NCBI RefSeq assembly: GCF_020745735.1
Contig: NC_083402.1
Location: 80,738,004 to 80,802,003, forward strand
DNA from: Hemiscyllium ocellatum
Lineage: Eukaryota
Length of the DNA: 64,000 nucleotides
Direction: 5' to 3'
Shown: in pieces, positions 1 through 9,712 of the stretch
Layout of the letters: each line of letters opens with the position of its first letter
Numbering within the stretch: the first letter of the stretch is position 1
Translations under genes and position numbers: made by a program
The notes under the pieces: model-generated
Seen by the model: the letters and a program-made list of their open reading frames with translations, nothing else
Databases searched by the model: none
Told to the model about the DNA's origin: nothing

Positions 1-700
1 CTGCAACACAAAGGGACTGAGGTACTTGTGCACAAAACACAGGAAGCTAGCACACAGATGGCACAGGAAATCAGGAAGGTTAATGGATTGCTGGCCCTTA
101 GATTGTGCGGTTTGGAGTATGAGTTGAGAAGTTAAACTGCAACTGTACAAGATGCCAGTGAGACCAAATTTGGAGTTCTGTGAGCAGTTGTGACCCCTTG
201 TTTAAGGAAAGATATCATTTCATTGGAGGCAACTCAGAGAAGGTTTACAAGGATGATCCCTAATAATGATGGGACTGCCTTATGAACAAAGGCTAAACAG
301 ATTTGGACTCTACTCACTGGAGTTCAGAAAAATGAAAGCTGATCTCATTGAAACCTATAGGATTTTGAAGGGCCTTGACAGCCTAAATGCTGAGAGGATG
401 TTTTCCCTTATGCCAGAGTCTTAGACCGGAGTGCATAGTTTCAGAATAAAAGGATACCAATTCAAGACAGATGAGGAAGAATTTATTCTTTCAAGGTCAA
501 GTGTCTTTGAAAATCCTTACCACAGAGATCTGGGGCACAACCCTGATATATATTTAAGGTTGAGATAGATAGACGAATTCTTGATCAGTCGGCAAGGGTT
601 CAGGGAAAAGACAGAAAAGTGAATGAAAAGAAATGTCGATACAGCCATGATCCCACTGAATGACAAAGCAGGTTTGAACAGTCTACTCCTGTTTCTATTT
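1..700 (+). mobile_element. Decayed CR1-type LINE, 3' part of ORF2
   Basis: Degenerate LYK.LVRP.LE...QRRFT.MIP...L..LGL.SLE.R motifs typical of the CR1 ORF2 C-terminus. Confidence 0.8.
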
Positions 701-960
701 CTCATGGTTGTACAGTTAATCACATCTTTGCCTCAATTCCACTTTTCTGCCTGCTTTCCTTTCCCCTTTAGGATGCTGCCTGACCTGCTGTGCTTTAACC
801 AGCAACAAATTTTCAGCTAATTAAAAGTTAGTCTATCTCCTCAAATTTACTCCGTCTTGACATCCACACATTCTGGGTAGTGAATTCTACAGATTGCTGA
901 CCATTTAGAATTTCTCCTCATCTGTTTTAAATCTGCTATCCCTTATAATAAAACTATGAC

Positions 961-1090
961 TAAAAAATGAGGTCTGCAGATGCTGGAGATCACAGCTGCA
1001 AATGTGTTGCTGGTCAAAGCACAGCAGGTTAGGCAGCATCTCAGGAATAGAGAATTCGACGTTTCGAGCATAAGCCCTTCATCAGGAATA
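961..1090 (-). mobile_element. Solo Penelope-like element 3' terminus (pLTR + tail), family 1
   Basis: Nearly identical to the 3' end of the GIY-YIG-encoding element at 27709-27805, plus the ccagcatctgcagacctca tail. Confidence 0.85.
1054..1089 (-). ncRNA. Minimal type I hammerhead ribozyme motif, intact core
   Basis: Minus strand reads AUUC-CUGAUGA-A-GGGC-UUAU-GCUC-GAAA-C-GUC-GAAU. Stem I AUUC/GAAU, stem II GGGC/GCUC, palindromic ACGU stem III, GUC cleavage triplet. Confidence 0.8.
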
Positions 1091-1320
1091 CCTCTTGTCT
1101 AGATCATCCCACATCAATGTTACTTTGTCAATCCTCTTTAGCATCCTATATACTTCAATTAGACCTCCTCTCATCCTCCTAAATGCTAGAGTGTAGGCTT
1201 GAACTGCTTAATATTTCTTCAGAAGACAAACCTCTCACCTCCATAACCAATCTTGTGAATCTCCTTTGAACTGTCTCCAATGCAACTGCATTCCTCCAGT
1301 AAGGGGAGCAAAACCACACA

Positions 1321-1430
1321 GAGCCCCTCTTGTGGCGCGGTGGTACAGCCCCTACCCCTGAACCAGGAGGCCTGAGTTCAAGTGTAATAACTTCTCTGAA
1401 CAGGGTGATTAGAAAAAAATGAAAAAAAAA
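1321..1430 (+). mobile_element. Short tRNA-derived SINE
   Basis: A-box TGGCGCGGTGG, B-box GAGTTCAAGT, A-rich tail, imperfect flanking repeat aaaaccacaca/aaaactgcaca. Confidence 0.6.
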
Positions 1431-2024
1431 CTGCACATAATATTCCACGTGCCTTACTAATACATTGCAGCAACTCTTCCCTACTTTTATACTCAACTCA
1501 TTTAGCATAAATGCCAAAACTCCTTTCACCTTGTTCCCAGCTGTACCTGTGTGCTAGTTTTCTATGATTCATGTGTGAGGATATCAAATTCCTCTGCACT
1601 GAAGGACTGTGAAGACTGAGATCAACAACTCTAGTTCTAGGCTTTCCAGCCACGTGAAAACAGCCGTTCAGTAACTTTCATTTCATACTATCTTGGAATC
1701 CTGCAATTTGAATGAGGCTTCCTCTTATTCTTCGAAAATCTTGAAATCATTCTAGTGAACAGTTGTTGTAACCACAGTAAGATGAGTACATCTTTCCACA
1801 GACATAAATACACAATCTGCATTCAAATAAATCCAGTCCAAAATTGCAGTATCACCAAAGTTCTAAATAATTGAAAATGGACATCCTTGCTCTTATCCAC
1901 TACTAACCCTTTTACAATTAAGGCCAACTTATCATTTGCATTCCTAATTGCTTGCTACATCTAAATGTAAACCTTCAGTGCTTCTTTTACAAATTCCTCC
2001 AAATATTGGCAGCTAATAGTTCCC

Positions 2025-2220
2025 GAGTAAAAAATGAGGTCTGCAGATGCTGGAGATCACAGCTGAAAATGTGTTGCTGGTCAAAGCACAGCAGGCCAGG
2101 CAGCATCTCAGGAATAGAGAATTCGGTCCTGATGAAGGGCTTATGCTCGAAACGTCGAATTCTCTATTCCTGAGATGCTGCCTGGCCTGCTGTGCTTTGA
2201 CCAGCAACACATTTTCAGCT
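2025..2220. mobile_element. Fold-back PLE mini-insertion: perfect 65-bp inverted arms around a hammerhead core
   Basis: Arms 2061-2125 and 2156-2220; 30-nt loop gtcCTGATGAagggcttatgctcGAAAcgt; TSD cagctaatagttccc at 2010-2024 and 2216-2230. Confidence 0.9.
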
Positions 2221-3263
2221 AATAGTTCCCCACCATTTTTTAAAAAATGACCTTACATTTTCCCACATTATACTCCATCTCTTTTCTCCATGTTCACCTA
2301 CACCTTATATATAGGGTACATAATTTTAGACTGCTTGTCCTTATATCAGAGCTTCCCTCCTTGTTTAGCAGCACAAGCAAACTTATAGGCATTGCACCCG
2401 ATTCCTTCATCCAAGTAAGTGATGAAGATTTTAAATTTCCAAGGCCAAATATTAATCAGTGTGGTAATCTAATAGCAACATTGTACCAACTTGAGAACAG
2501 TCAGCATTTTTTGCCCTTTAACCAATCACATCCATGAGCCTTAATCTCATTGAATTCACTAAACATTCAGGTAGCAACAAAAGAATGTAAATGATTAAGA
2601 TTCACTATAATGGCTGATGTTTAGCTGCCCAACTCTTACAGTGAACTACTTTAGAGATGCACAAATATGAGGCATGACTACTGTTCACCCCTGTACTGGA
2701 CAAAGAAATCTGAAGTGTATTCCTTCTATGCAACAACTATTCATGAGAATCTTAAAGGATTCATCCCCAAAAAATTGACAATATTGTGGGTAAAGTCAAA
2801 AATCTCCACATCAATGTTGTAGATAAAAATTGAAGACCAGTAGATTAATTTTCTACAAGATTTCAGTGCGTCAGGGGAGAAGGGAATAGCAGTAGGCCAT
2901 GGCGAGATACCATTTAAAACGGGGAACCGTTTCCATAAATTCTTCGATATTTTGTTTCTTGCAATGACTCCAGCCTTTGGAGCTCCCTGGAAGTGACAGT
3001 ACAAGGAAGATTCATCTATAGGCAAATGAGATGGTCTGAATGGACATGCAGGTAACTATGAGGAGGCTGAGTAAACGTACATTGTGCTGTAGGCCCGGGT
3101 TTTATGTATGTGTGTGTGTGTGGCGGGGGTGGAGTGGGGTTTGGTATCAGGCAGTTCTTCTGACCCTCACCCTCTCCCCCCCAGACCCCCCCTCCATGCC
3201 CGCCCTGGAGACTGCTGCTGCTCTCTGTGTATCTGGGTGGCCGCCTGTTTATTTCCAATTTAC

Positions 3264-3370
3264 CTATAATATCTAAAAGCATTAATGATTTTCCAGAAGT
3301 GCTCTTTCTCCAGGCGCTCCTCCTCCTCGTGTTTGTCTCCAGGACAGTGCGGGTTCCCCTCGCTCTCCAT
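3264..3370 (-). CDS. CARNMT1: Carnosine N-methyltransferase 1, first coding exon (gene continues off the left end of the window)
   Basis: Minus-strand frame absent from the ORF track: ATG at 3370 gives [35 protein letters not shown] + AG|gtaaat donor. It matches the human CARNMT1 motif [23 protein letters not shown] as recalled. CpG-rich context; conserved neighbour of NMRK1/OSTF1. Confidence 0.92.
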
Positions 3371-3560
3371 CTTATCTTGCCTCCTCTCTCCGTTCGGCGC
3401 CGCCACAAGAGAATCCCCCCCTCACAACCGCGCCGAGAAGACGGCGCCTGAGCGAGCGGACACGCCGGCCACACCGAGGCGACTCCCGCCGCACAGCGAC
3501 ACCTGGCGGCCCGGAGGATGTACCGACAGAGCACTAAATCAGACACAAGTTGACACTATT
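3300..3560 (-). promoter_or_regulatory. CpG island / promoter and 5' UTR of CARNMT1
   Basis: Local GC- and CpG-rich patch (ggcgccgcc, cgcgccg, ggcggcccgg) in CpG-poor DNA, overlapping and upstream of the CARNMT1 ATG. Confidence 0.7.
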
Positions 3561-3679
3561 TCGGGAAGAGTGATTTTGAAAATAAACTCTATTGATGATA
3601 CATAATATTAGGCACTATACTTATAATGAGCCTCAGTGCTTATCATTCTTGTTTAATGCAATGAATTGTTCATTATTTG

Positions 3680-3963
3680 TATGGCACGGTAGCACTACTG
3701 CCTCAGAGCGCCAGAGACCCGGGTTCAATGCCCGCCTCAGGCAACTGACTGTGTGGAGTTTGCACATTCTGCAGGTGTCTGCATGGGTTTGCTCTGGTTT
3801 CCTGCGGCAATCCAAAAATGTGCAGGTTAGGTGAATTGGCCATGCTAAATTGCCCGTAGTGGTAGGGGAATGGGTCTGGGTGGGTTGCGCTTCAGCGGGT
3901 CGGTGTGGACTTGTTGGGCCGAAGGGCCTGTTTCCACACTGTAAGTAATCTAATCTAATCTAA
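3680..3963 (+). mobile_element. V-SINE / HE1-like SINE
   Basis: tRNA-like head (B-box GGTTCAATGCC), V-domain ctgtgtggagtttgcacattct, CR1-derived tail ending in (taatc)n. Confidence 0.85.
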
Positions 3964-4004
3964 ACTCTGTACTGAATTCAGTGAGGTGAACAAAATGCCA
4001 AACT

Positions 4005-4138
4005 ACTTCAGTTCTGAAGAAGGGTGAATACTCAAAATGTTGACTTCTCCACCTCCTGATGCTGCCTGTGTTGCTGTGTTCTACCAGTCTCCTGTTTGTC
4101 TACTTTGGAATCCAGTATCTGCGGTTGTTTTTGTCTCT
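4005..4138 (+). mobile_element. Old PLE terminus with decayed hammerhead (CTGAAGA...AAAATGTT)
   Basis: ctgaagaagggtgaatactcaaaatgttgac...gatgctgcc...ccagtatctgcgg parallels the family 1 pLTR layout. Confidence 0.55.
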
Positions 4139-5369
4139 GCAGAACAGGTATCTCAATAATGGCACTTAACATATTTAGAAGGTGCAACATGACCAATCCC
4201 ATGGATTTCTTGAAATAGATATAAAGTAAACTGAGGCGAATCCTACAATACTATTGTACTTAAACTTCCAAAGGCTTGTGATGAATTTTCACACAAAAAT
4301 CACTGCTTAAACTTAAAGCTTTGAGGATTTAAGCTCAAACTTGCACATGAATATGAAATTGCTGAAAAGGAGAAACCATGGACAGGAATTACAAGGGGTC
4401 AACATAGAGATGAAGTACTGAGTTAGGTGTCCCACGATTTCATGTTGAGACCATGATTGCTCACAATTTTTACTCAAATTCAGATTGGTCAAATTTGCAA
4501 ATGATAGCCATTTAATTTGGATAGTTAAAGCATCCAGCCAAAATTTATACTAACTAAACAAAATGTCAGATTAAATTTAATGCTGATATGCATAAGTTGT
4601 AGTAACAAATTATTGCAGATGTTGGAATCTGTACCGAAAACAACAAATACTCACCCTACCTCTCTTTCCCGGCTGTTACTTAGTTTTCTTTCATTTTTTT
4701 CTAAGTTTGATACTTTGTCCACAGACATCACATCCGAACCTAAACCATTTACGATTCCTTCTTCATACTACACTTGTAGCTTCCAAAGTTGATTCTTTCT
4801 TGGATAGACAATAGCTTAGTTCAGTATTTTCCTAAGAACTCATGAGGACAAAAAATGCAACTTGTTTATGAAGTTAAAAATCACACAACACCAAGCTATA
4901 GTCCAACAGGTTTATTTGGAACTACGAGCTTTTGGAACAGTGCTCTTCATCAGGTAGGTGAAGCAGGATCACAAGACACAGAATTTATAGCAAAAGATCA
5001 CAATGTCATGCAACTGAAATGATACATTGATCAAACCTAGATTGCTGTTAAGTCTTTGATCTTTTAGAATGGGTGGCAGGTTTCGGTTCATTAATATGTA
5101 AATCCCACAACTTCTTTTAAGCCACATTCTTGGTATAACTGAAGGTTTTATAAAAAAAGGTGACACCTAAGTTCAGACAATGCATTAAAGATGTGAGGTT
5201 AGGATCTGTCTGTATCCTAATCTTGAGTCAGACTGGTTCTATTGCCAAAGTAGGAATTTATAAAATGTTACACGGATTGACTGCCCGCAGGTTGAGTGCT
5301 TTTTGAGCAAAATGGAATGTATCTGCAAATCCAATTCTGCAAATGCAAATTCACTCCATAGAATTATAT

Positions 5370-5572
5370 GATTATGTGTGCTTGGTAGAATGTGTGCATG
5401 AGTGTGACGGAGTATAAGCCTGTGAGATGGTGTGTGCATGGGTGTGAGTGTGAGAAATATATGTGTGTGTGCGCCTGAGAGAGAGCGTGTGTATGAGAGG
5501 GAGTCTGTGTGAGTGTGAGAGTATGTAAGAGCATGTGTATGAGAGAGAGAGAGAGAGAGAGAGACAGAGTGT
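5370..5572. repeat. Compound (GT)n/(GA)n microsatellite inside the family 2 PLE
   Basis: Degenerate GT-rich repeats ending in a pure (GA)n run at about 5541-5562. Confidence 0.85.
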
Positions 5573-5708
5573 AGTGGGGTCACCTGTATTATGACATTAG
5601 TCCAAGGTCTTGGTTGAGGACATCCTCATGGGTACTAAACTTGGCTATCAGCCTCTGCTCGGTGACTCTGCATTGTTGTGTATCCTGAAGTCTGCCTTGG
5701 AGGATGGT

Positions 5709-6672
5709 CAGAGCTGAAAAATGTGTTGCTGGAAAAGTACAGCAGGTCAGGCAGCATCCAAGGAGCAGGAGAATCGATGTTTCAGGCATAAGCCCTTCTT
5801 CCGAAATGAGGAAGTGTGCCAAGCAGGCTAAGATAAAAGGTAGGGAAGAGGGACTTGGGAGAGGGGCGTTGGGAATGCGATAGGTGGAAGGAGGTTAAGG
5901 TGAGGGTGATAGGCCGGAGAGGTCGGGAAGAAGATTGCAGGTCAAGAAGGCAGTTCTGGGACTGAGATAAGGTGGGGGGAGGGGAAATGAGAAAGCTGTA
6001 GAAATCTGCATTCATCTCTTGTGGTTGGAGAGTTCCTAGGCAGAAGAAGACATCGTGTTGCCATGGTCTGGCGATGGAGGACGCCAAGGACCTGCATGTC
6101 CTTGGCGGTGTGGGAGGAGGAGTTAAAGTGTTCAGCCACGGGGCGGTTGGGTTGGTTGGTGCGGGTGTCCCAGGGGTGTTCTCTGAAACGTTCCGCAAGC
6201 AGGTGCCCTGTCTCCCCAGTGTGGAGGAGGCCACATTGGATGCAGCAGATGCAGTAAGTGATGTGTGTGGAGGTGCAGGTGAATTTGTGACAGATATGGA
6301 AGGATCCCTTGGGGCCTTAGAGGGAAGTGAGGGAGGAGGTGTGGGCGCAAGTTTTGCATTTCTTGTGGTTGCAGGGGAAGGTGCCGGGAATGGAGGTTGG
6401 GTTAGTGGGGTGTGGACCTGACGAGGGAGTCGCGGAGGGAGTGGTCTTTCCGGAATGCTGATAGGGGAGGGGATGGAAATATATCCTTGGTGGTGGGGTC
6501 TGTTTGGAGTTGGCGGAAATGACGAAGAATGATGCGATGTATCTGGAAGTTGGTGGGGTGGTAGGTGAGGTCCAGTGGGTTTCTGTCCTGGTGGCGATTG
6601 GAGGGGCGGGGTTCAAGGGCGGAGGAGCGGGAAGTGGAGGAGATGCGGTGGAGAGCATCGTCAACCACATCT
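5709..6672 (-). mobile_element. 5'-truncated family 1 PLE (GIY-YIG region and pLTR) nested in the family 2 PLE
   Basis: DALHRISSTSRSSALEP..., GTFPCNHKKCKTC, AEHFNSSSH; near-collinear with 26800-27805. Confidence 0.88.
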
Positions 6673-7489
6673 GAGGATCCGAGGCTGAATGTCCCTGACC
6701 ACTGAAATGATCTCTGACTGGGAGGGAACATCCCTGGCTGGCAATTGTATGGTGTCCATTTATTCATTTCATATCATCTGCTTGGTCTCGCCAATGTACC
6801 ATGTCTCAGGACATTCTTGCCTGCAGCATATGAGCTAGACAACCTTGGTCGAGTCAGATGAGTACCTCCCGCGTACATGGTGGATGGTGTTCCTACGTGT
6901 CATGGTGTTATCAATGTTGACACTCTGACATGTCTTGCAGTGATTGCCATAGTATTGTGGTCGATGTTGTCCTGAAGGTTGGACAGTTTGCAGTGAACAA
7001 TGGTCTGTTTAAGGTTTGGTGGTTGTTTAAAGGTGAGAAGTGGAAGGTCTTGGCAAGGTGCTCATCATCATCAGTTATGCATTGTGGACTGCAAAGAACG
7101 TGGCTCCTGGAAATTACTGGACAACAAAGGGTACCCAATCGGTTGTATCCTGTGTCTGTCTCCTGAGGAGGTCACTTTGGTTTCTTGCTGAGGCATGTTG
7201 GAACTGACGATCGATGAGTTGAACATCGTATTGCGTTCCTCCCCATCTGAACAGATCCTGTGTATGCTTGGAGCCTGTTTGTAGGTGTTGGCTGTTTTAA
7301 TATGTTTAGGGTGGAAGCTAGAGAGATTCAGCATTGAACCTACAACACAACTTCCACATAGACAGCAACCCCAACTGATCTGTCATGGTCTTTTCTTACC
7401 CATGTGCTATGTTGTTGCCACACTCCACCGGATCAGTTGTGAGTTGTCATTGTAGTTCTGAGTTGAGCTTTAAGAATGGTGGACAGACA

Positions 7490-8430
7490 TTACAAAGAAT
7501 CATATAATTTACAGTACAGAAGGAGGCCATTAAACACACCTTGTCTATACCAGCTCCCAAAAGAGCTACCCAGATAATTCTGTTCCCCTACCTTATTTCC
7601 ATAGTTCTCTAAATTATTATTTTGAAATAGCTGTCTTTTGAAACCTCCTACGAAATCCACCTCCACCACTCTCTCAGGCAGTGCATTCCAAATACTTACA
7701 ACTCTCTCAGTAGTTCCTCCTCATTTTAATCCTAATTCTCTGCCGACAATCTTGAAATTGTGACCCCAAGTTGTGGATACACCATGTACTGGAAACAGGA
7801 TATCCTTCTTTTCCCTGACAAATTTGTTCATCATTTTGAACACCTCAATAAGTTTACCTCTTAATCTACCCCAAGGAGAATAATCTTCGAGTAAGAAGTG
7901 AGGTCTGCAGATGCTGGAGAGCAGAGCTGAAAATGTGTTGCTGGTTAAAGCACAGCAGGTCAGGCAGCATCCAAGGAACAGGAAATTCGACGTTTCGGGC
8001 ATTAGCCTGATGAAGGGCTCTGGCCCGAAACGTTGAATTGCCTGTTCCTTGGATGCTGCCTGACCTGCTGTGCTTTAACCAGCAACACATTTTCAGCCCC
8101 AAGGAGAATAAGCCCATTTTCTCTAATCTTTTCTCATGTCTAAAATTCCTCATTCCTGCTATCATTCTACTAAATCTCCTTTGCACTATCTCCAAGACTT
8201 GAACATTTTCTATAAATAAGGTACCTGATACTCCAAATGTGGTCTGACCAGAGATTTGCAGTATCAGTTCCTTGTTTTTATACTCTTTGTCTCTAATTAT
8301 AAACCCAAAGATTGGATAATCCCTCTTAATAACTGTTTCAATTTGCTTGGTCACCTTCAGAGAATCATGCACATAAACCCTTAGGTCCCTTTGCTCCTGT
8401 ACTCCCCTCAAAGTTGTACCACTCAGCCTC
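7490..8430 (-). mobile_element. CR1-type LINE 3' region
   Basis: ORF 7866..8411: EQRDLRVYVHDSLKV...VQRRFSRMI...RLEKMGLFSL; continues as RLRGKLIEVFKMM after the insertion. Confidence 0.85.
7884..8097. mobile_element. Fold-back PLE mini-insertion: 75-bp inverted arms with hammerhead core
   Basis: Arms 7926-8000 and 8023-8097 (2 mismatches); CTGATGAagggctctggcccGAAAcgtt at 8007-8034; TSD ccccaaggagaataa at 7869-7883 and 8097-8111, which duplicates LFSLG in the host LINE frame. Confidence 0.9.
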
Positions 8431-9399
8431 TGTCAACATCAACATTTCAATTTTCTCACAAGAAAAACCGACCAATTATCTATGAAAGGTCTGAATTCTA
8501 AATATAGATAGAGCACTGTCAGGAAAACCGTAATAAAACTTGGAAATAAAAAGAACAAGATTGATTGGAACTCATTCTAATGTACTGCAATCCGTCTTCA
8601 CTGGGTGGTGTTTGATCTCGACGCTGCCCATTGGAAACTGAACAACAGAGTGCTATCCAGTCCAAGTGAAACACAACAGTTCATTAATCATCAGTTCCAA
8701 ACATTTTTGATTGCAATGTGGTCCCTTCCCTGTGCAAGGCTGGATTCTAAAGTTGATTGAATTGCATGGTCAGGACATGGTCCAGTCAAAGCAGAGGATT
8801 TAATCTATGCCCTGGTCTTGTTGGTACAGCTTTGATATGACTGGACCAGATAAGTTACTTGTCAATGGTAACTCCAATGTATTGATGGTTGGAAATTTGA
8901 TGATGATAAAGCTGCCAGATATCAATGAGAGGCAGTAGCTCCTCCTGCAACCTAAGTCGATCATGCAATGCATTTAAAACCAAATTATTTTCCAATAGTA
9001 AAGTGCAATATTGCACATTTTATTCCTGATCAGAAATAAGTTAACTGTATCAAACTTAAAATATTACACTTATAAGTTCCAATACATAGCATCTCTGAAT
9101 GGGTTTTGAGATTAGGCTATCTTCATAAACCTGTTTCGAGATTTTATGACACATCTCTGAAATAGGTGGGACTGAATTCAGACCTTCCAGGCCCACTATC
9201 GCGGTGCCACAAGAATTCCCTTTGGCTACCTTCATATCCACAGTATAATTGAAAAAGACTCTGGGGTTTAAAGGATGGTTTAAAGCTGTTCACTGAATAT
9301 TAACTGTTGCATACTTTCTAATGACAACAAAGACTCCTTGGATTTTCTGTCCATCAATTATAAATGAGCAGTTAGCTAGCCCATATGAATTTGCTCTTT

Positions 9400-9712
9400 T
9401 CAACCAGTGGTTAACACTATTGCCTCACAGTGCTAGGGACCTGGACTTGATTCCATCCTCGGGTGACTGTGTGTGTGGAGTTTGCACCTTAGCTCTGTAT
9501 CTGTGTGGGTTTCCTCCGGATGCTCCAGTTACCTCCCACCATGCAAAGATATGCAGGTTAGGTGGATTGGCCATCCTAAATCGCCATTCGTGTCCAGGAA
9601 TATGTAGGTTGGGTGGATTTCCCATTGGATAGAGTGGGATGTTCTTCAGAGGGTCATTGTGGACTTGATGGGTGGAAGCACATGCTTCTGCATCGTAGGG
9701 CATCTATGCTTC
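9400..9712 (+). mobile_element. Diverged V-SINE / HE1-like SINE
   Basis: cagtggttaacactattgcctcacag...tgtgtggagtttgcac...gtgggtttcctccgg. Confidence 0.75.

Larger units (their letters stand above)
820..1620 (-). mobile_element. Decayed CR1-type LINE carrying a PLE terminus (961-1090) and a short SINE (1321-1430)
   Basis: ORF 1179..1529 contains GVLAF...VRHVEYYVQF and SPY...ALETVQRRFTRL, with foreign sequence between them. Confidence 0.75.
4861..7330 (-). mobile_element. Decayed PLE, family 2 (RT thumb, GIY-YIG, microsatellite-containing pLTR), interrupted by a family 1 PLE
   Basis: HPKHIKTA...IHRICSD.EER (ORF 7071..7334); EQRLIAKF (ORF 5589..5822); hammerhead-like CUAC-CUGAUGA...AAAA-GCUC-GUAG at 4922-4957. 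Confidence 0.75.

Noticed and set aside
2013-2250. Two opposite-strand ORFs sharing the peptide LLVKAQQARQHLRNREF
   Set aside because: Artefact of the perfect inverted repeat; no coding evidence.
3016-3546. 176-aa minus-strand ORF and overlapping plus-strand ORFs over the CpG island
   Set aside because: Wrong frame; the recognisable CARNMT1 peptide is in another frame and ends at a splice donor. GC-rich DNA is simply stop-poor.
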